Positions 51,401-64,000 of a stretch of DNA of 64,000 bases are shown one piece after another; positions within the stretch are counted from its first letter, which is position 1; every line of letters starts with the position of its first letter. Origin of the DNA: Sphyrna mokarran (Eukaryota); the NCBI GenBank assembly GCA_024679065.1, contig JAGIQG010000013.1, forward strand, positions 17,360,001 to 17,424,000. The letters run 5' to 3'. Made by a program: the position numbers and the translations under genes. The notes beneath the pieces were generated by a model. It worked only from the letters and a program-made list of their open reading frames with translations, had not been told where the DNA came from and searched no databases.

Positions 51401-54400
51401 TTTTATTGAGAGTATCAGATTTCTTTCCCCAGGAAAATCATTTCTATTACAGCTAAACTCCTATTCTATCACAATTTGAATGGTTTACAATTAACAATAA
51501 AACAAAACCTGCTCATTACCCAGTAATTTTCACTACAGATTAAAACTGTGACAATATCTCAAATGCACCTTACAAAAGTAACTTATACAAAAATAACCAA
51601 CTGTATGATTGTCCTAGGGTAGTTGTGATGCTTTTATAATTTGTATGGGGGCTTTTATATACAATATTTTAATAAGGTTGCTATTAAGATCATACAAAGT
51701 TAAGTATATTAACCTGTTTGATATTCATACCAACCATGGAATAAATCTGACAGAATTTCATTTTCTTCCTCAGAAATCCTTCATTTATTAATTTACTATA
51801 CAAACTGACCCATACTTTTGTTCCAAGTGCTCTTCTTGTTTAACTGGAATGGATGCATCAAGATTTCTTTTTACATCATTCTCCAAAAGTATGTAGCTCT
51901 TTACAAAACCAGCCACTAAAATGAGAATCAAATCTACCTGCATAACCCACTAGGGCAAGTTTGTTGTAATTTTTTTCATTTTTATATTCATAAAACTCAA
52001 GGTAATCAATCTTCTGTACTTTCAAAATCCTTAATTCAGTTTGTTGCTACTTCAATGATTCCAAGTGAATATTTAATCATTAATATTTAATCATTTATTA
52101 ATCCAACCACTAAATCGGTTTTCCTGCCTTTCCTTATCATTCCAAAGCAAGGACTGGTAATGAAGCTTGGTGTATCTACCAACTAAAAGCTAACAATTTT
52201 ATTTTGCTTTCTTTGATACAGCCTAGGTGAAAACAGGAGGAGATGCAGATTTGGATTCACCGTAGAATAAGCTGTATAATTCTTGCTTATATATAAATCA
52301 TTACTTCACATACATATTGTGTCTACCAACGGTTGAAACATTTGAATGATTATAAATTATTACCTGATGTAACTCAGGAAAGGACTTAAATATAGGCAAA
52401 AGTAATGTACTGATCAAATTTTGTTGGAAACGAAATGCAGAGAAAATGAATATCTGGTTAGCATATAGCAAAAGGAAAATTATTTTATCAGAGAATTTTT
52501 GTAGCACATCGTGACTTAATAATTTCACTATTCTTCCAGTGAAACTGTATTTCTAGTCGGTAAGTAAATATAGGGACATGTTATCAAAGAAAGCATAATA
52601 AAGCCAAAATGGTCAGATATCACTTGCTTCCTTAAATTTGAGTCAGCTGCAACGCTTTCATTGGGCGCTTCATTCAAGTTCAGTATCAAGAGCTGGGCAA
52701 CATTTTTAACATGCCAGTAAGAATGACCAAAAGTTTTGAAATGTTTCAAATTTCCTTTTGAAAGAGGGGGAGCTATAAAAAAAATGTATTACAGGTTGTT
52801 TGTAAGGCATATAAAGTAGAATAAAAACACAGAATGCTGGAAAAATGCAGCAGGAAAGACTCCAAACCTTTTGTTCATTCCTATACTACAGAAATCAACA
52901 ACTTAGTTATTTGTAAGCATTACTTTAATACAGCCAAGCTAAAATTGTGGAAAAAATAACTCAATGTTTTAGGAAATAAAACTCAGTTATCTTGTCTGGC
53001 AAGTTAATTTACCAAATACTTTGACACAACAATTTTAGTCTGGAGTATTATAATGCCCAACCCTGGTACCACTTTAAATTTCTAATACAAAAGCACAGTG
53101 AACACCAATATTGATTAACAGTCATAGACTAGAATCAACACTCTATGTAATGACACTAGAATGGCATTCGTTATACAGATTTCACAAGTGGAGCTCTTCA
53201 ATGACATCACTGTAGCCTTCTTTTAGAATTTTTAAATGTCCACAGTGCAGCCAAGTTTTGCAATACTTTTGGATATTATTGAAATTAAACCTACACCAAA
53301 TCCACAACTGGCACACAAACTGGCTACCAATCTTTTTTTGGAGGGTAGCACTATAGCTCAATTAATGATAATATTTAAGGGTGTGCAATATAATGCATTT
53401 CTTATTGTTTTCGTTCTGCTAAAATGTAAACTACATTACTTAAAATATAAACATAAAACTTAATTTTTAAAAATGCAATCCGGATTCAGAAGGTCAGCTG
53501 TTTCAAACTGCAATCAGATAGTTTTCACATGCTGGATATGTTGTATTGCAGAAAACTTAAAAAACTGACAAAGAGAGGAAAATACAAAATTAACAATAGC
53601 TAATTTGACACACAAAGTGTGTAGCTAAAACATATGACAGTAATTATAGCCCAAAATTCACATATAAAAAAATAAGATCTGTAAAGTTGCCACTTCAGCC
53701 ACTTAACATAGTTAGCTTTATGGCAACTCATCCTCTCAACACAAAGAACATTATTGCACACCCCTAATATTTGCTAGTAGAGAACTTTATCTTAGAAAAG
53801 TCAAATCACATCACTGATGCTTCATAGCAACCTCCGAATCCAAACATCTGATTAAAAATTACTGCTAAGTCTATCTGTATGACACAATCTAGTTTGATAC
53901 CTTGAGATTACTGTCAAATTACTGCAAATTCTCATTCCACCAACTGGATACAAAAATGAGAGCTAGGATAGTCAAAATGTTAAGCCTCTGTTTTTCTAAA
54001 GCACAAACCAAATGACCGGAGATAACTGCAGCCACATATCAACTCAATTGTTCTTTGATCAGTCAAGCAGGTGCAAGGAGCAGGATATATTTTTGGTCTA
54101 GACTGAATTGTTTAGCATTGCTATCAACAATAATAATAATACAAAGTTTAAAAACTTACTCAACTATTAGTGTGACAAACACTACATTCAATTTACAACA
54201 CAGATAAAACGCTCACTTTTTCCTTTATTTTAAAGGAAAAGTCTTTTCTATAGTGGAACCCTCTCCCATCCCCTGACATTGTTGAACTAACCCCTTTTCT
54301 AACAAAAGGCCAGTGAAAGATGAATGGTATGGTACTGCTTAAAATGTAGAATACAACAAATCTTAACTAGTTTAAAAACAGTGAGATGGTGCATGCTAAA

Positions 54401-57400
54401 ACATAGGCCACAATTTAATTGAGTTGCAAAAGAAGGCATTTGCTTTGGCAAATAGTATCACAAGTAATTGATTTCTTTCTTTAGTTATCTAGATCACCTT
54501 TTAAAGAGAGAAACTAAACCCATAAACATTTTTAAAGTACAGAGTATCACCCAAAAATCAAAACTACATTCTAAATCTACAATCATATCCACCAGGAATA
54601 ATTTTTGCGTTTGCAAAGCAAGCCTGTAATTGCTAAGCGATGCTGAGGTATTTTTTTCATGGAAAAATCACAATGATGGAAAATTTGCTCATGTTCTACT
54701 TGTAGGGTGCAAGATCTGTTTCATTTCCCAATGAAAATGTTTGCACAAATAGCTTAAAGCCATTTCTTTTTAATTTAAAGAATTTAAGGTCATAATATTG
54801 TGAATAGTATTAATAAAGTGTTCAGATGGGATTTCCCTCCAATCCCAATTTGGCTCATCCAAAATGGAGGAAATACATTAATTAATCTTCCTGTCATTTG
54901 AGTAAGAATTACTAAATGCCGTAGAACTTTCAGAAAGGGTGCCAACAAGATAGATGACAACTTTATAAACCTATAGAAAGTACAATTTTAATTGGGTTAG
55001 GTAGAATATCAGTTTTTTTTTCCTTTTAGCCCTACATGGGGTTTCCTGAAATGGTGTTCCTACCCTACCATGATAATCATATCAAAGCAAAATCACTGAC
55101 TCATTATATCAGCGACAGGGCTACACACCATAAAAGAACATTACCACCAATAGAGGTCACTGATTTAAGATAATTGGCTGAAGAATCAGAGGAAAAGAGT
55201 TTTATTTTTATGCAACAAGATATCTGGAACCCAATGCCTGAAAAGGTGTTGAAAGAAAATTGAACAGTAACTTTAAGAAAGGAATTTGATACAAATGTAA
55301 AACTTTTGTGGGCGATGAGAAAATAACAGGAAAACAGGACAGCTTTTTAAAGAATCACACAAGCAGATTGCCTCTTTCAGTGCCCTAAAGTTCTACGAAT
55401 TCTATGAAGGACATTTTCTACATTTTGTGCTCAGAACCTAACCTCATCAAATCAACAGATGTACTTATATAATGTTTTTACCAACTGATTTTTTAATAAG
55501 TTAAAGCTGTAGCAAATGGTAAACCTTAAAGTTTTATTCAGTAGCTTTTGGTTCAATAGTGCTGTCAATGTTGAAGAAATGGGACATTGTTGAGGATTCA
55601 ATTCCCCAAATACGGCAAAGTGTTGCACATACAGTTTATTTGGGGGGGGGAGAGGGGAGTGGGAGTGGGAAACAGAGGGGAAAAAAGATATACACTAAAC
55701 AGAAAAATTATAAACTTGTATCAACTAAACTGTCAATTGCTAGGAGTTAATAAACCATGATTTAAGTTGTTGGTAAATACATTTCAAGTGCCTGCAGGGT
55801 TGCACATTCTCCACTTCATTGAAGTCAATTTCTAAAATCTGGATAAAGCATATCTGCTAGACAACCATTATATCTGCTTTTGTCTGGTTGGTGATGCCTG
55901 CAATGATTGTGATACTAAAAGAAAACTTACTTGATACATGTTTTAACTCTGACAAAACTGGTCATAACCCCAAGTATGAGTCTTTAGAAGTTAAGGAGCA
56001 AAACATAAAATTTGCACTTGATTTGTCAAACAATACGAAAAAAATTATGTCAGAACAAAGGGCAAATTAGTTTAATATTCTGCCATAAGTAAAGTACATT
56101 TTTGGAGACTTTTGGGAAATAATCAGCTTTTAGCTAATCCAGCTGTTAAAATGTGAGGATGCTCTTGTATTAGAACTGGGCAAAAAAACCATCACCATAG
56201 AATTATGACCCAATTTAAAGCTAAAACTTAAAGAATTACTTTGGTTATTCATATTGCAATGTTTCTTAATATACACCAGAATTATTTGGCATGGTCATAG
56301 CTACATTTATGCACCTTAAAATTTAACTTTTATGTCAAGCGTTTGAAGATCAAAATCAAAGGCTTTTTAAAGCCAAAAGTTTGTTACTTAAAGGTTGGGA
56401 GTAGCATATAAATGTCAGTAAGAGCACTTCCAGATTTCTAAAATTAATGCTTTATGAGTTAACTTAAATATTATCCTACATTAATTAGCAACTTGCATTT
56501 TACCAGCTTTATTTAATATGAAAAAATACAACTTTGATTCAAGTGAATTGTTAGAACAAATCAGTATGTGTCTGACTTTATTTGAAGTCATGGAAAGATG
56601 GCAAAATGGGAAAATAGTAGATCTAATCAATTATGAATTGTAACTATAACTGCTCTGAACCATTTTCTGCTCCCAATTAAAATTATTCATTTTAACATTA
56701 AACTATTCTTTAGATTTATTTATATATATTCAGTTCCAAAATCTCACTGATATAATCCACTATATACATACACACATACCCCCATGTCTGATTAACCATC
56801 AGCGTTTGCAGTGTTGGTGCAAATGGTACTGCCCAGCTCCAATTTGTACAAGAGCAAAAGAGAATCCTGAATGAAAACCATGTTTTAATTGGTTCAACCT
56901 CAAACTATAAACACCCCACAATTAAAGCAAAATGTTCTTTGTGATAGACTAATTCAGTGATACACCAATGACCTCTGTAACAAAATATTAACCTATTAAG
57001 GGAATAAAAAATTAAAAGTTCTGTCCCAACTAATTTTCAGTTGTTGCAATTAGAGACATAAAGAATTAAAACTAACTCAGTTAAGTTCAAAATTCAAATA
57101 TAAACTGTGGTCTGAGGTCAACTACAAAACATTATTTTTAAAACTCTGTTCACTGCCTCTGTCAATGAACAGCAGTTTTGTTTTGCAGTTAAAACTGAAG
57201 GAACTATCATAGATACACCTTAACGTTTATGTTTGTTTTTGCTGTTTTTTTACAGCATTTGTTATTTAAGGAGCAAATTACTTTAGTGGAAAATCAGGAG
57301 CAATGAAAGGTTCTCAGAAACTATAAAACATCTTCAGCCATTCAAAAGGTTAACAATAAACTCATTAATCAGTTTTGTCCTTTAATTCAAATCTGTTTAA

Positions 57401-60200
57401 TATTAAACAGCATGCAATGAAAGCTGTACTGAAAATACACTAGGCTGACATCGATTGCCCCAGCATTGGTTGAATGCTATAACTCACCCGGCCAATTTGC
57501 TTTCTTTCTGAATACTACTCCCTAACTGAAAAACTGATTGGGCAATCTGTTTCAAAACTTACACCACGCTAATCAACAAGTACGAAATACGTGAGGAAGT
57601 GAAGATCGCCTCAAAAAAGCACCTCGCCTTTACTTGAACACTCAGCATAATGGGAAAATCTTTTTGCTGTGTGGCACATTATATGTGAGACCAATGTATT
57701 ATTGGCACTGATGTGACTGTAGTCAACTGGCCTTTAAGTTAGCTTCCATTGCATAGTTTGTACTTCTGTTACATCATTAATTCTTTCTATGCACAGGTAC
57801 TATGCACATTTTTGTATTTTGGGTGCCATTAAAATATAGTGCAATGAGAGACAACAGTAATGAGGACAGACGTTTCATACATATGACTTAGATTAGGTGG
57901 GTGGTGGAATTACAGAAAGATCTGGGAAAATTGCAAATAACTGCCTTACAGGACTAAAGGGTTTCAGTTTATATTTGTGCATGGGGTCCAAACATTTTCC
58001 ACTGGTTCAAAGTCCAGAATCTACTATTAGGACAGCAACAACATTCCTCAAAAATTTGATTCTGACTATTCAGTGATAGTACGAGAGTACATAAACTAGG
58101 ACACAAAAGTACTGCAACAGTACAATCTGTCTATTTTGTATATATACTCTGAGGGTTTGTACATCTTGAAATAATACTTTCAACCTCCATAATATTACTA
58201 GCACTAGTCTACATTTAGCCATCCAGTAAATTTGAATTGCCCAATGAAAACTGGTTGCACCAGACTCTTGACAAAATGGTTACTACTCTGCACAATGTAA
58301 AGTTCATGTTTGAAGGTTCCTTTACCTGAAAAACGACATTAAAAAGTAGAAAATAGTAACTGTTTACCTTTTATGAACAGGAGCAACTAAATTACTGATG
58401 CCTATTAACTGCACTCATGCAAACAATGTCATTGGTACAGCAGCTAGGTAAAACTGACTTTGGTTCAAGCTTTTAATAGCTGTCCATATTTGGTTGGCAG
58501 CCATATTCATTTTATTTGCAGATTGGTAGAATAACTCAACCAATACTGCAATTTTCACGTCTTGAAAAGGAGATAAATGTAGTTACTAACAGGGAAAAAA
58601 ATGGTGGCTGTCATTATTTTTAAGATTAAGAAACGACATCCAGTCATTACCAGCACAAAGAACAACACCAACCCAAGTAAATTTCAATAATAAAATTAAC
58701 TCAAGTACTTAGTTGGTTTAAGTAAATATACACATTGTCTCAGTGCAGCAAATATGGGTGAATAGTTACTAACAGAGCATAGCGATGTCCTGATGAACAT
58801 TTGCTTGATTCAAGCCCATTATTTGTTAAAGAATCAGCAATGTGTTAATCAGAAAATATCACATGCTTTCAGACTGAAAAAAATTATACCCCACATTCAT
58901 TTCCAGTGGCAGCTGAACGGCCTATACGTAATAGGTAACTAAATGTGTTGTTTATTAACTAATTAGGCATGATGGTCAGTGTTGCCACAGAAATCATTCT
59001 AGCTTGTAATGCGATTCTTGTCCCACACTTACACAAGCACATTGACAGAAAATGACAGGCACCATTTTTACTCCATGTGAACTGCAATGCTCTACTCCAG
59101 TCCTTTAATTTTTGGTTTTAATATGCTTACAGCAATGGTTCAAGCCATATTGTGCATACTGTAAGCCTCTAGTCTCAAAACAACCCTATTTTCCATTAAA
59201 GATAAACAAACATCAAACTGAGCCAACATAAGATCTGTCATCAATCTATAAGGAACAAATGTTATTTAGTTTTTATAAATAAATCAGTTTCAGGAAACTA
59301 GATAACAAATTTTCCCCATTGGTTAGACTGGTTCATTTATAGTTTGCTTATCTCTACCATATTCCGGGATGGTTCCAACTGGCTTCAGTATCTGAGCAAA
59401 GACAAAAGCTTCACAAGATACCCATGATCCACTGACTATAAAGTCTCCTCCATTTCCAGTTGTTCAGCCGTGTGGATCAATATCTCTGATGGTACGATAT
59501 TTGCTAATGTACCCAACCCTTACATTTAGAAAGGACAGACATTCTAAGCCATTTTAAAAACCAAGAATGTTTTTAAAACCACCAGTTTGTGAACTTTTGT
59601 CTCAAAGCATCTATCTTTGAATCTTTCCTACAAAAATAACCAACAGTAAACCACTTTATACAAACGGTGCATAAATCTACAGTGTACCCGACAAGGAAAA
59701 ACCTTTTTTTAAAGAAAGGATACCATTTCAAGAGACATTAACAAGAAAAAAATAAAAACCCAATGTAATTTTCTTAATGGTATACACAGGGGAAAAAAGA
59801 TGCACAAGCATCCCAAGTACAGGCCTGCCTAAACTGTACCAGTTAAAGAAACCCATGCTATTTATACATGATATAAACACCTTTATGAAACAAAAAGGCC
59901 TGTACAACAGACCTAATTAAAATAAACACACAATTAAAAAGAACTAATAAAATAGATACTAAAGGAGACAGAACCCTTGCCTATGCATCGTTAATGACTC
60001 CTATATTGTTACGACCGTCTGAAACGATAAATATTCACGTGTTTCCTTTTTGGTAGAAGTCTTTTTTTTGTCATTTGTGACACAATCCTGAAAAACAAGC
60101 AAGTTAAAAAAATTAGGCAAACATCAGTTTTGCTTTTGCTGGAAGCAGCCAACTACACATCCCATTACTGGATTAGATGATCCACTCTAGGGAATACGTC
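45490..60200 (-). other. POU2F1: Putative long POU2F1 3' UTR (up to ~14.7 kb)
   Basis: AT-rich and nearly free of recognisable TEs, unlike the rest of the window. Minus-strand AATAAA at 45506-45511 with upstream TGTA. The end point is inferred. Confidence 0.5.
50170..50375 (+). mobile_element. Short tRNA-derived SINE within the putative POU2F1 UTR
   Basis: ttagctcaattgg (A box) ... ggttcaattccc (B box). Confidence 0.6.
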
Positions 60201-60499
60201 TCATTGGGCCTTGGTGGTGTTGGTGGCCCCACCTGCTGAGGTCACAGTGAACGAAGAGTTCTGGTTGGAATCAGCTGACATAGAGGCCATCTGGAGACTG
60301 GCTGCATGTCCAGTTGTCCCGGCAGCGGATATCAGGCTTACGGCTGGGTTGCTGGTGAGTAAGGAGAGGTTTTGTGGGTTCAAAAAAAGAGGGGCTGTAA
60401 CGATGTTTGGAGCACCCCCTGGGTTCGCTGCATTGGCAAACAATAGATTTCCACTGGCATCAAGGGAGGTTATAGGAAGCGTTCCACTAGATGCAAGTG
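60201..60499 (-). CDS. POU2F1: POU2F1 (Oct-1) last coding exon
   Basis: Minus-strand acceptor tttctcttttcag|CA CTT GCA. (A)[51 protein letters not shown]...TTKAQ* matches the Oct-1 C-terminus ([41 protein letters not shown], ...KAQ). Adjacent to CD247 as in mammals. Confidence 0.96.
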
Positions 60500-61628
60500 C
60501 TGAAAAGAGAAATAAATCTAGGTTACAACAAATTAGCCTCACGGAGCTATTCACATCACCTGTATATCAAAAAGGAAAAGAGAACAGAAAAATAGCGCTA
60601 GTAATACTTAGCAGGTGTATTTATTAAAAAATTGATAGTAATATCTAAGCAAGGTAAAAATGCATTACTAAATATGTGAATGTGAAGAAATGAACAGAAA
60701 ACTAACAAATTTCAAGTTCTCTCCATATGACATACTAATCACTGTTGCTGAGTCAAAATCCCAGAACACTCTTCCTCAAAGTACTATGGGTGCCCTACGC
60801 CACATAAACTATAGTGGTTCAAAAAGGCAACACATCACTACCTTCTCAAGGACAATTCTGAATGGCAATGAATGCTGTCCTAGCCAGCGATGCCCACATC
60901 CTATGAATGAATAAGTTTTTAAAAATCCAGTTCTTTCCAATCTCATTTCAATAAATAAATGAGTAATCATAAATGAACATTTAATATACGAGAGTTGATG
61001 TTTCCTACAGAAAATCACTGGTCAAGTTCATATTTATTTCCAACAAATCTGAGGTCAAGAGTGGTTGGTTTAACCAACTGTTTAATTTGGGGCTACCATT
61101 TTTACATGCCATTCCTGACCTGTAGCAGTCCTTGCTGGTACAAAGAGAAAGAGAGAGAGAGAGACAAGTACTTTAGTGCAGGCAATTTGGTTTTTAAAAA
61201 TATGTTTCTAAGAAATAAGCTTCTGTTTCCAAAAAAGTCACTTAAAAGCAGTGATTCTGAACCTATGCCGTGTAGTAACATGTTCTACATGTATCAGTTT
61301 ATTTTATTAACTATTTTAGATGCAACTTAACCTAAGTTAAAACTACAGTCAAAAGGAATTGTATATCAACATGTTTAACTTTTGTGTTTCTCATTATTTA
61401 CTGTTTGATTTGCCTCATTCTGTTTAATTTTCTTAATCAATGCATTTTAAAGATCTGGCAGCCTAAACCATCATGCAGCAATTTTTTGTTTTATATCCAC
61501 TTTTCCTATTTGGGAACTATAGAGGTTTACACAATAATCAGGCAATTAAAGCCTTTCACTGAAATTAAAAAATGTACTAGAAATATTCAACAGGTCAGAC
61601 AGTATCTATTGGAAGAAGATGAAGTTAA

Positions 61629-62720
61629 GGAGGTGATTCTCCCAAACAAATTTAAATGTCGAATGTGTGTGAAAACTGGAGTAAATCACACTTTTTTTTC
61701 AGTGGGAGTTTCAAAACGTATCTCCCACACTCCGTGCACTGCAGACATCACTAGTATTGTTCACTTCAGAAATCAGTGAATGAGGTCTATGCTCACCACA
61801 GAGGCCGACAGCATAATGCTGAGCAGACCATTGCACATTGGTGCTCAGGGAGGTGACCCCTGGGCATTGCCACCCTGGCACTGCCTGTCTGGGCCCTGGC
61901 ACTGCCCAAGGGGCAAAGTGCCAAGGGGACAGGGCCTAATAGGAGTCAAGCATCTGTCTATCAGTGCATACTCAGTGGCCCCAGTCTGCTGGCCTCCCAA
62001 ATGCTGGCCAGTCTCACAACTCTGTTGATCTCCCAGACATGTCTACGAAACCGGATCTAACTCTCCCCACCACCTCTTCCCCATCTCAGCAGGCTGTCAC
62101 CACCATCCCATAAAGCCAGCCATATCACTGGCAAACCCCCCCAACCTCTGATCTTGATTGTAGAGTTGCAGCTGGACTCCTCACCTCCATCCCCAACAAT
62201 TGTCCCATAGACTCCTTCTATTAGGGCCCCTCATTAGGCCCTGTCCCCTTGGCACTGCCCTATGCCAGGTGTCCTCTGGGCATCGGCATTTTGTCCCTTG
62301 GGCAGAGCCAGGGCCCAGACTGGCAGTGCCAGGGATCACCCCCCTGAGCACCCGATCCTCTGGATGGGGGGGGTTCTCGATTGCCCCCCCTCTTCACTCC
62401 AATGCCGTCGGTCCATCAGCTCCTATCGGTGCAGAGTTATAGTAAATCCTACTGGAATGAAATACTCCTGACGAGGGTAGAGTTAGTGGGAGAAGAAAGG
62501 CTAGCAGGCCTGGAGACTTCAGGCCCATGCCTGCTAATTATATTTAAATCATTAAAATGAGGGTCTGAATATAAAATGCAGCTCCGTGCCAAGTTTCGGC
62601 GTGGAGCTGACAGTGCCGGAAATCCAGCACTGGAGGTGCGCTCAGGCCCAGACATCCAACACGAATTGACAGGTGCTACAGTCTCCCGGCCCAGCACAAG
62701 ATGAGGGGAGAATTGCCCTC
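61629..62720. mobile_element. GC-rich non-autonomous DNA transposon/MITE-like element in POU2F1 intron
   Basis: Imperfect terminal inverted repeats gaggtgattctccc / gggagaattgccctc; internal inverted repeat ~61840-61940 versus ~62233-62352. Confidence 0.5.
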
Positions 62721-62879
62721 CACGTGTCAGATCAATGATCTTTTGCCTGAATTAAGAAAATGTAATAGGTTTTAAACAAGTATAGTGGCAGGGTATATTG
62801 GGGAAGGGGAAGAACAAAAAGGGAGAAATCATAAATGGGGGCAACAGAATTCTCACTAATAACTGCTGTTCAAACAAAA

Positions 62880-63325
62880 CGTGGGGCCAGAGATTATGTT
62901 CTGAATTGTTGAAATCAATGTTGAGTCCAGAAAATTATAAATTGCCTAATTGGAAGATTAGATGCTGTCCCTGGAGCTTCCATTACGTTTGAATGAGAGT
63001 GTAGAAGATGAAGGATATTGAGACCAGTGTGAAAGTGTGCTGGAAAACTAAAATGATAGGCAACTAGATGTGCAGGTTAGGTGAATGGACCATGCTAAAT
63101 TCTCTTTCAGTGCACCCAAATGGGTGCCGGAGTGCAGCGACTAGGAGATTTTCACAGTACCTTCATCACATTGTTAATGTAAACCTGCTTGTGACTAATA
63201 AATAAACTTTAACTTTAGAAAGTTAGAATCTGCTTGTGGATTGAATGGAGAATATACTGAAAAGTAATCATCCCATCATGTTTGGCCTTTCCACTGTAGG
63301 GGAGACTCTATCATGAGCAACAACT
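62880..63325 (-). mobile_element. Penelope GIY-YIG remnant, interrupted by a partial V-SINE (~63075-63215)
   Basis: aatgttgagtccagaa...ttgcctaat..gaagat shared with ~11395-11440. Confidence 0.6.
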
Positions 63326-63369
63326 ATTTATTATTAAATGGCAAGAATAGGAGAAAAGCACTGTTTTAC

Positions 63370-64000
63370 CTGAAGGCATTTTGGAGACCTGGGTAATAAG
63401 AATGGAAGAGATAAAAGACCAAATATTACACACATAGTAAGAGGCTGAGGACACAGCCTTGTGGGACACTGATATTGGAGGAAGTGTTGTTGCCTTTTCT
63501 TACTGATAGCCTGTAGGTTAGGAAGTTCAAAATCCAGTCGCAGAAGGAGCCGACCCCAAGCCACAGAGTTTGGAGATGAGTTTTGTAGGAATAATGGTGT
63601 TGAAGGCCGAGCTCTAGTAGAAAAACAGGAATCTAACGTAGGTGTCTCATTACAAGGTGTTCCAGGGTTGAGTGCAAGGCCAAGGAGATGGCATCTGTTG
63701 TGGATCTGCTGCAGCACTACACAAATTGTAGTAGATCCAGGAAATCTGGGAGGCCAAAAATGATTCATGCCATGAAGCACTTCATAATGATGGATGTCAG
63801 AGTCACTGGATGATAGTCACTAAGGCACGCTGACTGGCTTTTCTTTAGTACCAGGAAGATAATTGACTTCTTGAAGCAGATAGAGACATTAGATTGTAAT
63901 GTAAATAGAGACATTAATGCAGATAGAGACATTAATTGTAGGTGTAAATAGAGGTTGAAGAATATTCCAGCCAGCTGGTCTGCGCAGGATGAGTGCTCGT
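63370..64000 (-). mobile_element. LINE RT/linker fragment
   Basis: Resembles the reverse complement of upstream parts of the LINE family at 42160; no intact ORF. Confidence 0.5.

Noticed and set aside
60500-60554. N-terminal part of the 117-aa minus ORF ([18 protein letters not shown])
   Set aside because: Intronic polypyrimidine tract and acceptor upstream of the POU2F1 exon.
60211-60627. 138-aa plus-strand ORF antisense to the POU2F1 exon, as a possible CD3-eta-like exon
   Set aside because: Shadow ORF of a coding exon with no ATG start. The nearest acceptor (ctctag|60191) used in phase 0 reads a different frame that stops after 19 codons.
63878-63953. Short imperfect tandem repeat (atagagacatta units); also the 14-bp duplication at ~52068-52097
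   Set aside because: Local slippage duplications with no repeat-spacer structure; not CRISPR-like.

Overview
Vertebrate genomic DNA, most likely a shark, inferred from the CR1/RTE/Penelope/V-SINE repeat content. The window holds two convergent genes. On +, CD247 (TCR zeta/CD3-zeta) exons 2-8 span 4922-31517; exon 1 was not found and probably lies upstream. They join to (D)AEVMNLNDPKLCYILDGILFIYGIIITGLYFKLR|FSKVKSKQEDSPASQMNIEQHYQ|PLQKKDQTEYSDLALKNRNQDTEAGIRAKR|NQRKDSANPNDTYS|KLNPKNKSEPYGELKPTQQQ|KRRGKGGNDIYQ|GLSSATQDTYDQLQMQPLPPPPPRY*, with three ITAMs. On -, the last coding exon of POU2F1 (Oct-1) lies at 60201-60499, followed by a repeat-poor tract of about 15 kb that is probably its long 3' UTR. 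The same CD247/POU2F1 tail-to-tail order occurs in mammals. Introns and the intergenic region are full of decayed CR1, RTE, L2-like, Gypsy and Penelope elements and SINEs. The most interesting item is a family of three short, palindromic, non-coding Penelope-type elements (15359-15565, 17116-17313, 42740-43010). Each carries a minimal hammerhead-ribozyme core whose stems differ between copies but still pair. One copy is a perfect 114-bp-arm palindrome centred exactly on the ribozyme's AGCT, and another puts an intact core on the CD247 pre-mRNA strand. Repeat boundaries are read by eye and are approximate.
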